IMG/VR virus record: IMGVR_UViG_3300044796_000394
Length of the DNA stretch: 64,000 nt
Reading direction: 5' to 3' (one strand)
Source: a virus
Lineage: Duplodnaviria; Heunggongvirae; Uroviricota; Caudoviricetes
Below the pieces are notes generated by a model. The model did no database searches and was not told where the DNA came from. It saw nothing but the letters and a program-made list of their open reading frames with translations. This document shows, piece after piece, positions 28,971-38,597 of the stretch. Made by a program: the position numbers and the translations under genes. Numbering within the stretch: the stretch's first letter is position 1; every line of letters begins with the position of its first letter.

Positions 28971-29933
28971 TCACATATATTCAAGATTCGTATATGAAAC
29001 CTTATCACAGAGAATTGAATAAATCAACGCCTTTCTGACAGTCACACCATTCTTTGGTTGTTCTTTCAAATATCTAACACGTTTATCACCGTCCAACGAT
29101 GTAGGAATTTCTTCATTTCTCGGCATTGGATGCATGATCAAAGATTTCTCTGGCAAAATCTTCAAATCACTTTCTGTCAAACAAAAATCCTTCCACCGAT
29201 CAGCGTGAATGGAATAATCCACCATCCGCTCTTTCTGCAACCGAGTCATGTAAACCACATCCGGTGAAGATTGAAAGGAATCCTTGATAGACTCGTATTT
29301 GTTAACTTGAACCCTTCTACTCACCAACCAATCTGCCAATTCATCAGGTAAAGACAAACGGTTCGGACTGGTAAGCGATAAAGTTAACTTCGGATAGTTT
29401 GACAGCAAGCGTACGAGGCTGTGTACGGTTCTTCCGTGAAGAAGGTCGCCACATATCATTACGTTGAGATGATCCAATTTGCGGTGCTTTTTGATCGTGT
29501 ACAGGTCAAGCAAAGCCTGTGTGGGATGCTCGCCCGTACCATCCCCCGCATTGATTACAGGAACCTTTGCAACCTTGGCTGCACGTTCTACGGCATTTAA
29601 CACCGGAGTTCGTAAAACGATAATATCGGCATAGTTGGAAACGGTAGCAACCATATCTTCTATGGATTCACCTTTGGCAGCAGATGAGGTTCCGGAATCG
29701 GATACGGTAATGACATTGCCACCCATACAGTACATGGCAGCTTCAAATGAAAGTCGTGTTCTAGTAGAAGGTTCCAAAAAAAGTGTAGCAAGGGTTTTTC
29801 CCTTAGCTAACGAATTAGTGTAAAATAATTTGTCATCTTTAACAACGGCGGCATCAGAAACGGCATTGGCAACGTGAAATAACTCATCCAAACTCTCACG
29901 AGTTTCAAATTGTTTGGCAGAAATGAGGTGCAT
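28971..29933 (-). CDS. pyrB: Aspartate carbamoyltransferase catalytic subunit
   Basis: FLEPSTRTRLSF, KGES, NAGDGTGEHPTQALLD, GDLLHGRTVHS, RLQKER, HPMP. Confidence 0.97.
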   Translation of the reverse strand: MHLISAKQFETRESLDELFHVANAVSDAAVVKDDKLFYTNSLAKGKTLATLFLEPSTRTRLSFEAAMYCMGGNVITVSDSGTSSAAKGESIEDMVATVSNYADIIVLRTPVLNAVERAAKVAKVPVINAGDGTGEHPTQALLDLYTIKKHRKLDHLNVMICGDLLHGRTVHSLVRLLSNYPKLTLSLTSPNRLSLPDELADWLVSRRVQVNKYESIKDSFQSSPDVVYMTRLQKERMVDYSIHADRWKDFCLTESDLKILPEKSLIMHPMPRNEEIPTSLDGDKRVRYLKEQPKNGVTVRKALIYSILCDKVSYTNLEYM

Positions 29934-29956
29934 AGAATGTCTCCATATTTCAACAA

Positions 29957-29985
29957 ATCATATCACGTTAATCATTGCTTGTCAA
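29957..29985 (-). promoter_or_regulatory. Sigma70-type promoter heading the minus-strand block
   Basis: TTGACA-17 nt-TATGAT with TGn extension. Confidence 0.8.
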
Positions 29986-29999
29986 TAGAATGTTTGGCA

Positions 30000-30350
30000 T
30001 ATTCGAAAAGACCCCCTGGGACCAAAGATTAAAGTACTATAGGTGAGTACCTTTTAACTGGCTTTAGGAACTTTGATTCATCTATTTAGAACTACGCCAA
30101 ACTCAGATCCTAGTCCCGTGGGTAGATCAATGAGAACTCGTAATTCAGCGAACTCGGAATGGGGTCAGGTTTCCGGGGAGGCCCGCAAAGTGAAGCGGTC
30201 GCCGGTTTTTCATTCTTGTATTGGCGGATGATGGCTTAGCACAAAAATGGACTTTAGGAAGTCAGCCAGTTCGAAAAAGTTCGTTGAGTTACTAGTTAAT
30301 AGTCTGGTGGAAGTTCTAATTTGTTATCCTCGTAAAAATATTTGAGGATG
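30000..30350. other. Non-coding repeat/hairpin-rich region at gene-orientation switch (candidate origin, packaging site or ncRNA)
   Basis: No ORF; (G)AACT repeats in left half, AGTT(C) in right half; several hairpins. Confidence 0.45.
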
Positions 30351-30385
30351 AACTATATAAAATAATAGATCGCTGAGGAAAATCA

Positions 30386-30877
30386 ATGTCAACACTTTCG
30401 GTAATTCAGTATACGGTTGGAGCAGACGTAGCCATCAACATGTCAGGTTTAGCTGACGGTTCGAAGGCTGTTTCGGATGCGATTGATAATAGCACGACTC
30501 GTTATCAACAAGCTGACATCGGCTTCAAGTTCAAAACGAACCAACACCGCATTGACAAGACCAATGGAACCGTAATTATCGGTATCTTGCGTTCTGTTGA
30601 TGGTGGCACGACTTATGACACCCACCTTCGTCCGGGTAACATCCTCGCCGTGGTTAATGACTTGGATGCTGATACCGAATACGTATTGAGCGTTTCAACG
30701 AATGGTATGGGTTTCCTGCCTTCCCACTTCAAGATTTCAGTTCGTAATAGCACTGGCGCCCCATTCTTCCATAAAGACGAGAAGTTTGGCGTTTGGTACA
30801 CTGGCAAGAAGGTTTTGGGAGTGTCGAGTGATGCTTCAATGGCTATGTCAATGACCGGCGACTGGTTGCGTGGTTAA
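30386..30877 (+). CDS. Putative virion protein
   Basis: Beta-rich, SDAIDNST motif; TATATA and GAGG upstream; followed by terminator. Confidence 0.55.
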   Translation: MSTLSVIQYTVGADVAINMSGLADGSKAVSDAIDNSTTRYQQADIGFKFKTNQHRIDKTNGTVIIGILRSVDGGTTYDTHLRPGNILAVVNDLDADTEYVLSVSTNGMGFLPSHFKISVRNSTGAPFFHKDEKFGVWYTGKKVLGVSSDASMAMSMTGDWLRG

Positions 30878-30901
30878 GTTCCAATAAAAATTCAGTAAAT
30901 G

Positions 30902-30931
30902 AAAAGACCAATTTGATGTTGGTCTTTTTTT
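30902..30931 (+). terminator. Intrinsic terminator
   Basis: AAAAGACCAA-loop-TTGGTCTTTTTTT. Confidence 0.7.
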
Positions 30932-30976
30932 ATTCGATTATCGTGTTATTGTGAGTCAATTCCTCATGGACACATT

Positions 30977-31492
30977 ATGAATCATTACAGTACTACTGAT
31001 CTTTGTATGCTTGGATTCGCATTAACAATTATCGGCCTCACAATAGGTTTTTGTCTTGGTTATTTGGCTTGTATGCGTGAAATCACTCGGCAATTACATC
31101 GAAGTGTTAATAAAGTTTGTTTGGGCGAAAAAGGTGTTCCTTTACCACTTTTGGATGCCCCCGTTGATATGAAACCACCACCTCGGATGTATACTGTAGG
31201 CGGTATTATCAAAAGCGTGTATATGTCTGCTTCTCCGGGGCCACACGTACTTAACGGTGAACCCACTGTTATTTCTCTTGATCAACTTATGTTGGATTTG
31301 GATACCGGTTCAAGTTATACCATTCCACCCGACATCAAGATTACTTTCCGCTATCAAAACTTAACCACAAACGAATTCTTCGACTTGTGGGCAACAAAAC
31401 TATTCAACCAAGAAATACGAGCGAATCTGAGTATTGCCGATGATAAGGTAATCCATGTATTCCTCCATCAAGCAGGAACCGCCAATGATTGA
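30977..31492 (+). CDS. Hypothetical membrane-anchored protein
   Basis: N-terminal TM helix. Confidence 0.55.
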   Translation: MNHYSTTDLCMLGFALTIIGLTIGFCLGYLACMREITRQLHRSVNKVCLGEKGVPLPLLDAPVDMKPPPRMYTVGGIIKSVYMSASPGPHVLNGEPTVISLDQLMLDLDTGSSYTIPPDIKITFRYQNLTTNEFFDLWATKLFNQEIRANLSIADDKVIHVFLHQAGTAND

Positions 31493-31916
31493 AACCATTC
31501 TGTTTATTTTAGCTCTCCACTGGATCGGGGACTTTATCTGTCAATCCCGATGGATGGCCGATAACAAAAGCAAAAATCCCATCGCTCTATCCGTACACGT
31601 ACTGACCTACGGATTCATACTAACAACGTTCCTTGCGTTCGGTTATCCGGTTCTCAGAATGATTGCCGGTTGTATAGATGGAAAATGGGAATACCCACCC
31701 GATATGCCTATGTTGACATTCCTCGGTTTGGTATCCTACGTTGGCGTTAATATGGGTCTTCACTGGTTTACAGACCTGATAACAAGCCAATTTACCAAGT
31801 ACTTCTGGAACAAGAAAAATGTTAGTGCGTTTTTCAGCACCATAGGCTTTGACCAGCTAATCCATTCGTTCTGTCTTGTATTAACAATCAAGCCATTTTT
31901 GTTTTCATATAATTAA
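31485..31916 (+). CDS. DUF3307-like membrane protein
   Basis: LHWIGDFICQSRWMA, HVLTY, HWFTD, GFDQLIH. Confidence 0.8.
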   Translation: MIETILFILALHWIGDFICQSRWMADNKSKNPIALSVHVLTYGFILTTFLAFGYPVLRMIAGCIDGKWEYPPDMPMLTFLGLVSYVGVNMGLHWFTDLITSQFTKYFWNKKNVSAFFSTIGFDQLIHSFCLVLTIKPFLFSYN

Positions 31917-32821
31917 CGAGCTAGTATAAAATCACAGAAGTGGAAACTCATAACTCGTCCTAAATCGCCCTTACCTTCCTTGTACTCTTCCATAGGCGAG
32001 TTTTTGAAGTGTTTTTGAATAACTGACTTGAATACATCATTATCCATAAAAAACTTCTCTACAGGCTCTTGAATCTTATCTTCCTTAACAACCGACAATC
32101 CCGCTTTTTGAATCCAATTCTTGTAAGTCCACATAGGATGGATCACCTTGCGAGTTGGAACAATGTCATAACCGGCTCTCTTTAACTTTTCTTCATCATA
32201 AATCAAGTGCGCAAAAGCCTTGTTGAGTTGGGTGTACAAGTGACTTCCGTGTCTTCCAATCCAAGGATGGAACCGCACGCTGATAAATCCATCTTTCGCC
32301 AGTAATTTAGACAATTCCGACAATACATCTTTCGGGTCTTTGTCCATCACATGATCTAAAACGTCATAAATCAGAATGTAATCGTAAGGTGCATTCTCAA
32401 TTACCTGTTTCCAGTCAGTCGTATAGATCGCAATACCATCTTGTGTGAAGGTTGGCCACTTGGAACCAGCCTTAATATCGTACGCTACTACCTTGCGTGC
32501 GCCCCTACTCAGCACTTCTGACGATACGTGTCCTTCGCCACAACCAAAATCCAGAAAGTTAAGTCCGAATACATCCTGTTCAACGTTCATTTCTACGATG
32601 CTTTTGGCCCGCAGTTGTAGTTCGTCTTCATCATCGGGGTTAACTATGAGTGCTGGATTGACGGCATAAGGCCAATCAATGTCATCTTTTAGATCGACTA
32701 ACATATCGGACAAGAAAACATCGGGATCTTTGACACCAATGGTAATTTCCTTGATGTCGTCCCTGTTTTTGTCAAGAAGTCTTTTAATTGTAGCTGGATT
32801 ACTTACTCTAAAATCGTGCAT
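31913..32821 (-). CDS. Class I SAM-dependent methyltransferase
   Basis: FLDFGCGEG, VAYDI, YDYILIYDVLDH, GSHLY. Confidence 0.9.
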   Translation of the reverse strand: MHDFRVSNPATIKRLLDKNRDDIKEITIGVKDPDVFLSDMLVDLKDDIDWPYAVNPALIVNPDDEDELQLRAKSIVEMNVEQDVFGLNFLDFGCGEGHVSSEVLSRGARKVVAYDIKAGSKWPTFTQDGIAIYTTDWKQVIENAPYDYILIYDVLDHVMDKDPKDVLSELSKLLAKDGFISVRFHPWIGRHGSHLYTQLNKAFAHLIYDEEKLKRAGYDIVPTRKVIHPMWTYKNWIQKAGLSVVKEDKIQEPVEKFFMDNDVFKSVIQKHFKNSPMEEYKEGKGDLGRVMSFHFCDFILAR

Positions 32822-32840
32822 GTCTTTATAATAGGGTAAG

Positions 32841-33491
32841 ATGTTAAAACCATATCGAACATTTTACTGTACCAATTCAGAGAAAGCCCTACATTTGGGC
32901 GATCTAATTAACATCTATCAGCAATGCGCCCAAAGTCGTTCTACGCTTTTTTCGGATCACGTGTGCAAGTGCTGTCAAAACTCCTCAGCCGATGTTTTGA
33001 ACTTTCTCACAGAATTGAATCCTGCTGTTAAGTTTGGCAAGTTGGTAGGAAAGCCGCAGGAAATGTTGCCGTGGTGGTTCAAGGAATGGTCGGGTGAGAT
33101 ATGTCAGTACGTTAAGGCGTTACAGTTGCCGCCCAAAGACTCACATATCGCCGTACAGATTGATTCCCGTAGTAAAGGCAAAAAGATCCCACATTGGGCC
33201 AGTAAGTCCATTCAGTTCCTAAAACGAGCGATAAACGTTGGAGACAGACCGTTAAGGTGCAGAAATAAGATCAAAGTGGATTTACGAACCAAGTTTGACA
33301 TTATTGCTTCAGCTAGGTATTATGTGGGGATTGATAGCGGATTGACTCATTTGGCTTTGATGACGGATACGCCGATAGTTCTTATTCATCCCGAAGATTG
33401 GGATGTTAAGAGGTTCTATCCCGACACCGATCAGATTACCAGTGTTACCAAGTATCGTGATTTCATTAAGGTTGTTGAAAGCTATGCCTAA
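32841..33491 (+). CDS. GT9-like (heptosyltransferase-type) glycosyltransferase domain
   Basis: HLGDLI; IASARYYVGIDSGLTHLA. Confidence 0.75.
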   Translation: MLKPYRTFYCTNSEKALHLGDLINIYQQCAQSRSTLFSDHVCKCCQNSSADVLNFLTELNPAVKFGKLVGKPQEMLPWWFKEWSGEICQYVKALQLPPKDSHIAVQIDSRSKGKKIPHWASKSIQFLKRAINVGDRPLRCRNKIKVDLRTKFDIIASARYYVGIDSGLTHLALMTDTPIVLIHPEDWDVKRFYPDTDQITSVTKYRDFIKVVESYA

Positions 33492-33720
33492 ACTCTACGA
33501 AATTTGGCGAATTGATCTTAGTGATCGAGCGTCTTATGCGTGGGGCAAGTACACTAATAAGGAATTTCCGCTGATAGAGGTTATTGGTGTCATTCATTTG
33601 ATGAGAGAAGAAATCCGTTCAATGGATTTGGAAAAACTCACAGCGAAGTGCAAGTATTTGAATGAATGCGGTTGTGAAGATGAACGTTACGAAATTCGTG
33701 AAGTGCCTTACGATCTATGA
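33484..33720 (+). CDS. Hypothetical protein
   Basis: Start MPKLYEIW, overlapping neighbours. Confidence 0.5.
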   Translation: MPKLYEIWRIDLSDRASYAWGKYTNKEFPLIEVIGVIHLMREEIRSMDLEKLTAKCKYLNECGCEDERYEIREVPYDL

Positions 33721-34166
33721 CACAAGGAGTGTTTATCGTGAATATTAACGAAAAGATACTTGCCGCAAGACAAAGGCTTGAAAACGCCAAGTCGGAAGTA
33801 TTATCTGCCAAAGTAGCATTAGCCAAGTGTTACAAGGATCGCTATTCGGACGGAAAATTCTGTCTTATTAGAGGTACGCAGACGGTTACTGTAGGCGAAT
33901 GGCCCAATCAGAAATATAGCACCCAAGACGTTTATTACGTTTTGGTGGAAGATTCGCCAACGCATAAATTCATTTGTTATAAAATGGATAATAAGGGTAT
34001 TACTCGTCTAACTCGATATCCGTGGACTTCGAGACACAGCAGAAAACTCACCGCTTATGATTCTTACGAGAAGTTGATAATTGGTGCTGATCGCCTTAAG
34101 ATGCCAGTTGAACTTATCAACGAATTCATTGACGAATACAAAAAACCGGGGAGTCGTCGTGGATAA
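33717..34166 (+). CDS. Hypothetical protein
   Basis: 149-aa ORF. Confidence 0.55.
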   Translation: MTQGVFIVNINEKILAARQRLENAKSEVLSAKVALAKCYKDRYSDGKFCLIRGTQTVTVGEWPNQKYSTQDVYYVLVEDSPTHKFICYKMDNKGITRLTRYPWTSRHSRKLTAYDSYEKLIIGADRLKMPVELINEFIDEYKKPGSRRG

Positions 34167-34449
34167 CGAAACTTTGAAAGAAGCCAAACGCATCAATAAG
34201 AATTACGATGCGAAGTTGCGGCGAATGACAATTAAGACTCGCAATGGTGAAAAAGATGCAGCCCTCAATTTCATCAAATTGCTTACTGAACAAGCTCTTG
34301 CTTTGAAGGCGATTGGTTATTGGGTGAACGATGACGGCAAATTGGAAAAAATAACAGAAAAAAGCAGGTTAACCAAGCTGACTGAAATCAGAGAAAAGCA
34401 CGGCGACCCAACGGATGCCGTAAAGTTCCTCAAGAGTTTAATGTCATGA
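34159..34449 (+). CDS. Hypothetical protein
   Basis: GTG start with GGGGAG SD. Confidence 0.5.
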   Translation: MDNETLKEAKRINKNYDAKLRRMTIKTRNGEKDAALNFIKLLTEQALALKAIGYWVNDDGKLEKITEKSRLTKLTEIREKHGDPTDAVKFLKSLMS

Positions 34450-34622
34450 AAATTTGGCCATTTATTCGAGCAATTGCATTCGTCGCCGTTTCAGCATACA
34501 TTGGAATGGTTTGGCTTGCTGGAATTGGTTACGGATGGCACGGAGCGGTATGCGGTGGCATATTTAGCATTTTAATGCTAATCTGGGCGTACAACATCAC
34601 AAAGCGATCTAAAGGAACATAA
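34446..34622 (+). CDS. Small 2-TM Gly-rich membrane protein (58 aa)
   Basis: Manual ORF MKIWPFIRAIAFVAVSAYIGMVWLAGIGYGWHGAVCGGIFSILMLIWAY... Confidence 0.55.
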   Translation: MKIWPFIRAIAFVAVSAYIGMVWLAGIGYGWHGAVCGGIFSILMLIWAYNITKRSKGT

Positions 34623-34623
34623 G

Positions 34624-35244
34624 ATGTTTTGCCTTCAACGTTTTTCACAATTGTCCGTTACAGAAGGCGACTTGTATTTAACGAACTACAACCTTGACAA
34701 GTTGAAGGCAATGAATTTGTCACCTTGTCGATGGGCCGAAAGTACTGACATTGTTTTGATGCCGGGTTTTGGTAGCGGTACACTTCGTCTTGGTGAGCAT
34801 GAGTTCAAAATTACTTATGCTTGGTTAGGTGGTACTGCCGAAGATTCAAAAGATAAATTCAAGGCCAGATCATATACCGTTCGTGTTTCCGGTACAAACG
34901 TTAAGGAATCCTTCAATCAATTGATGAAACAGATTATTGCGGATGAGAACGACGGCAAGTTGTATTGGGATATGCCTATCAAGCAATACATGAAAGAAAA
35001 ATTGTGTTGTAAAAATATGCGACAATATCGCAAAGACGCATACGAGAGTCGGGAAAGGTTAATCAAGCTGTTGGAAGCCAAAGACAGTACATTGTCTCCT
35101 AAATTCCGTTCCGTTATGAAAAGATTAGTTCATACAGACGAACAGCTTGAGCAGGACATTCTTGAGTTTCAACAGGAACTCAAAGCAGGTGGTACTCGCA
35201 AAATTTATTACAAGATGAACAACCTCGATAGAATAGGGAGTTGA
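34624..35244 (+). CDS. Hypothetical protein
   Basis: 206-aa ORF. Confidence 0.55.
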   Translation: MFCLQRFSQLSVTEGDLYLTNYNLDKLKAMNLSPCRWAESTDIVLMPGFGSGTLRLGEHEFKITYAWLGGTAEDSKDKFKARSYTVRVSGTNVKESFNQLMKQIIADENDGKLYWDMPIKQYMKEKLCCKNMRQYRKDAYESRERLIKLLEAKDSTLSPKFRSVMKRLVHTDEQLEQDILEFQQELKAGGTRKIYYKMNNLDRIGS

Positions 35245-35247
35245 TCT

Positions 35248-35571
35248 ATGCGTGGGCCAAACTTTAACGCTGACCACAATGCCGTAGAAACACAGGCAAA
35301 CGGTGAAACACGTACAGTACGCAGTTTGCCCAAAGGAACGCCGTCCAACTGGCTTAAGCCCTCAAGGTTTAAGGCCGGTGATCGTGTTTCTTATACTTGG
35401 CATCCAGATTTGGCGTTAGCGTGGATCACTGGCACCATTTATCAGGTCATTTATTCGCACATATCAGGTTATCAGTATTTGATTCAACGAGAAGGAACAA
35501 ACCGCAATGCTTTGTACGGAAGGGATACCGTTAACGATAGCAATCCTACGTTAAAGTTGGCAAACTCATGA
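35248..35571 (+). CDS. Hypothetical protein, SH3-like pattern
   Basis: FKAGDRV...GTIYQV...YQYLI. Confidence 0.5.
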   Translation: MRGPNFNADHNAVETQANGETRTVRSLPKGTPSNWLKPSRFKAGDRVSYTWHPDLALAWITGTIYQVIYSHISGYQYLIQREGTNRNALYGRDTVNDSNPTLKLANS

Positions 35572-35837
35572 ACTTTCCTTTGCAAATTGACTCACCAGAA
35601 GATGAATTGGCCAAAGCGATTGCCAATGATTTAGTCATTGACGGTATCAATGGTATGTTAGCTTTGCCTTTAGCTATCAAGTTAATGGCAATCATTGATG
35701 AAGCCCATACTGATCCATTGATTGGTGTTAAGAAAATCAAAGAACAACGAAAACAATCCGACCAATGGTGGGTTGACAACTGGCCAAAAACTAAAAACGC
35801 ACGACAAGCAAAAAAGAGACTCAATGCAAAACTATGA
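35568..35837 (+). CDS. Hypothetical protein
   Basis: 89-aa ORF, ATGA-coupled. Confidence 0.5.
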   Translation: MNFPLQIDSPEDELAKAIANDLVIDGINGMLALPLAIKLMAIIDEAHTDPLIGVKKIKEQRKQSDQWWVDNWPKTKNARQAKKRLNAKL

Positions 35838-36042
35838 ACTTGAAAGCAGTGAACTATTTCTCGATAATGAGAAGGTTGTTAATGATGGAACATTAACGTC
35901 TTTGGAATTGGCAACCCTTTATTCTCTTTTTGATAAATGGGTTAACTTGCCAACAAGATTTAAAAGACGAGCTCATATGCAATTGGCCGCAATGGACATT
36001 AGCAAAAAACTATGGGAGGAAGTCCGTGAACTTGGAGTATAA
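35824..36042 (+). CDS. Hypothetical protein
   Basis: Start MQNYELE. Confidence 0.5.
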   Translation: MQNYELESSELFLDNEKVVNDGTLTSLELATLYSLFDKWVNLPTRFKRRAHMQLAAMDISKKLWEEVRELGV

Positions 36043-36409
36043 CAATAGTTTCATTGTCATGCCGACGGATTGTAACTACCACCTTACAATGATCTTCGGC
36101 GGCGCATTCATGGCACAACTTGATTTGTGTGCTGCTGCTTGCGTTACAAGGTTTCTCCACGACTCCGAATGCGACTCGGCAGTTACGTACAGAATAAATA
36201 ATCTCGTTTTTCATGGTGCTGCCATGATTGGCGATATTGTTTTTATGTACGCAAAGATTACACAGGTCAGAACCCACGCAATTGTCGTTAACATTGAAGC
36301 ATTCCGTGAAAAGCGGGACGGCCCAAAGCGTGATAAGGTTGCCGATGCAGAATTCGTGTTTGTTTCCCGTAAGGGCGACAAAGTACACCCACACGGAATG
36401 AAACTGTGA
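36026..36409 (+). CDS. Second hot-dog-fold acyl-CoA thioesterase
   Basis: VMPTDCN...IFGGAFMAQLD...AVT...IGDIV...AEFVFVS; GTG start with GGGAGG SD. Confidence 0.85.
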   Translation: MNLEYNNSFIVMPTDCNYHLTMIFGGAFMAQLDLCAAACVTRFLHDSECDSAVTYRINNLVFHGAAMIGDIVFMYAKITQVRTHAIVVNIEAFREKRDGPKRDKVADAEFVFVSRKGDKVHPHGMKL

Positions 36410-36585
36410 AAACTACAATCGCAGATTGTTTTTGTGGGTTTGCAATTAGCTTTGCTGGAGCAATGACTGGCGCTTCCGTTTCTTCTGTATTTAATATTCC
36501 CGATTTGTGCGGATTCATGATCGGTGGCATCATTGGATTTTTCATCTGGTGTCTCATCGAAATCTATAAGAGGGTATTCCCATGA
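36406..36585 (+). CDS. Small 2-TM Gly-rich membrane protein
   Basis: Manual ORF, GTG start; GFMIGGIIGFF. Confidence 0.5.
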   Translation: MKTTIADCFCGFAISFAGAMTGASVSSVFNIPDLCGFMIGGIIGFFIWCLIEIYKRVFP

Positions 36586-36761
36586 CAGGTTATGATGGTT
36601 TAAGGATCATGGTAACGTCATTTGGCGGTGCTGTTATAGGCTGCGCAATATGTGACTCCCTAATCGCTGGTGTGATTGGATGTTTTTTCGGAACCTACAT
36701 TGGTTACATGAGTTGGCATCACAGAACACAAGAAAAGGTTAATAATGGAAATCAAAAGTAA
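36582..36761 (+). CDS. Small 2-TM Gly-rich membrane protein
   Basis: Manual ORF; FGGAVIG...AGVIGCFFGTYIG. Confidence 0.5.
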   Translation: MTGYDGLRIMVTSFGGAVIGCAICDSLIAGVIGCFFGTYIGYMSWHHRTQEKVNNGNQK

Positions 36762-36999
36762 TATGGGCAATTTCGGTGCCCACGTACATAATGGCGGTAT
36801 CTACGGTAAAATCACCGCAGAGAAACCACATGATAGCGAACACTTTAATTATGAATTTGAAATTGGTGTGAGTAATTTTGCGTGTCTCACAAATACAACA
36901 TTCAATCTACAAGATCGTGAGCTTGTAGAAGAGATGATTGCTGCGTTAACAAATACTCTTAACCACATGAAATCTCACAATATTGCTGAGTACATTTAG
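36745..36999 (+). CDS. Hypothetical protein
   Basis: 84-aa ORF. Confidence 0.5.
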   Translation: MEIKSNMGNFGAHVHNGGIYGKITAEKPHDSEHFNYEFEIGVSNFACLTNTTFNLQDRELVEEMIAALTNTLNHMKSHNIAEYI

Positions 37000-37008
37000 G
37001 AGTTTGAT

Positions 37009-37314
37009 ATGGATGGTTGTTATAGAAACGGCGAATTGATTACCGCCGGAAGAATGGAAGATGAACCTTGGTATTCAAACTATCAGGGTGTTATGGAAGT
37101 CATGAGTTGCGGCCCAACTAAAGATCATGAGAATTTTTACGAAGAATTACCCGATGGTCTCGAAAGAGCATTGGTTGATTGTAAGGCGTACCTCTACGAA
37201 GCACCAAATATGCCTTCTGATGAAGTATTAACTAAGTGGATTGAGAGCAGTTGGTTAAATCAAGAGGCTCTTCAGCAACTCAAAGCGATACTCAATCACC
37301 CTTTTCCAGCCTAA
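37009..37314 (+). CDS. Hypothetical protein
   Basis: 101-aa ORF with AGGAG SD. Confidence 0.55.
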   Translation: MDGCYRNGELITAGRMEDEPWYSNYQGVMEVMSCGPTKDHENFYEELPDGLERALVDCKAYLYEAPNMPSDEVLTKWIESSWLNQEALQQLKAILNHPFPA

Positions 37315-38553
37315 CTATGGATTTTTGCAATCTAAAAGCGAAGGATAATCTTTATGACTATCTTCAATAAAAGATTGTGTAGACACCTCAGTTAAAATAC
37401 TGTTTTTTCTGGCATAGATTTGATGAACGACCTTGCGATCAACTTCAAGTTTGCCGCCCTCTTCAAGTACCATATATTCTTGTGTATCATCGATGTCGGT
37501 TAGTATAACTTCAAACTCGCCAACCAAACAATGCCAAGCTTCTTTTTTGATGGTGTGATAGTGATTACTGAAATATTGATCTTTAAAAAATATCAAATAT
37601 TTTAAACAATAATCACTATGGTTTGCTATATGAACTTCCAATCCCCATGTTTTTTTAACAAGAGTAGAAGATGACAAAGTAACGGCAAATAAGGTTCGCC
37701 AAAAATGTCTATCTTTGCTATTGGTAAAAGAATGACAACGACGACAAAGTGGTACTAAATTTTTATCACAACAATTATTTTTATCGTAATCGATATGGTG
37801 AACACTCATGTTTTCACCATTGTCATCTTTTGTTTTTCCACAAATAAAACAAAGATTGTTAAATTTTTCACGACAATCTTGTGCCGCTTTCTTGAATTCT
37901 TTGGGATAAAGAATGGGTGCTGTTTGTCCTTCATTTGAACTTTGATTGCCACGCCAACATTCAAGTGAACAAAATTTTCTAATAGACCCCGGACTCATTC
38001 CGTTGCGTGAATAAGAAAACATTTTTTGGCAACCTAAGCAAACACAAGACTCTCTCGGCGTCCAATTGGGATTATTTTCACCAATCCTAATTTTACTCAT
38101 GTAAATGCTGTTACATTCGTTCGAGCAAAATTTTTGAGAGCCATAATGTGAAAAATTTTTATGACATTCTTGGCATTCTGATAATTGTTTTATAGATTCT
38201 GGTCTGACTATGGATTTAGATTGACAAGATCGTGAACAATATAGTTGCCCTCTTTGACCATAAGGCACTTCGAAATTTTCACTACAACAATTGCAACTAA
38301 TAGTCAATTTGTTCAATTCATCTTTATTACGACGTGCTGCTGAAGCAGTTTTGATTGCTTCGGTATGAGATTTTTTGAAATTTTCGTTAACTAAATATTT
38401 TTTTTTGTGAATACACAAATTGCATAAGACTTGATTGTGGCATAATTGTGAAGTTTTTGCTGTATCTGTTCTTCTTAAAAATGAGCAGCCGCATTGTTCA
38501 CATAAATATTCACTTTTTTTCCGAACTCTAATTGATGCTTCAGTTGTATTCAT
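37315..38553 (-). CDS. Zn-finger-repeat HNH endonuclease fused to C-terminal cupin domain
   Basis: Repeated CxxC...(Y/F)CSxxC; VHHIDYDKNN...LCRRCH; VKKTWGLE...FSNHYHTIKKEAW...VHQI...EVST. Confidence 0.85.
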   Translation of the reverse strand: MNTTEASIRVRKKSEYLCEQCGCSFLRRTDTAKTSQLCHNQVLCNLCIHKKKYLVNENFKKSHTEAIKTASAARRNKDELNKLTISCNCCSENFEVPYGQRGQLYCSRSCQSKSIVRPESIKQLSECQECHKNFSHYGSQKFCSNECNSIYMSKIRIGENNPNWTPRESCVCLGCQKMFSYSRNGMSPGSIRKFCSLECWRGNQSSNEGQTAPILYPKEFKKAAQDCREKFNNLCFICGKTKDDNGENMSVHHIDYDKNNCCDKNLVPLCRRCHSFTNSKDRHFWRTLFAVTLSSSTLVKKTWGLEVHIANHSDYCLKYLIFFKDQYFSNHYHTIKKEAWHCLVGEFEVILTDIDDTQEYMVLEEGGKLEVDRKVVHQIYARKNSILTEVSTQSFIEDSHKDYPSLLDCKNP

Positions 38554-38571
38554 ATATTGATAGAGTATAAT
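38544..38571 (+). promoter_or_regulatory. Possible sigma70 promoter
   Basis: TTGTAT-16 nt-TATAAT upstream of the 38598 gene. Confidence 0.45.
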
Positions 38572-38597
38572 GTAGGAAATTAACCTCAGAGGTAGTT

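Noticed and set aside
30296-30316. tmRNA 3' end (TCCACCA on the minus strand)
   Set aside because: No T-arm precedes it and the body would overlap the 30386 gene
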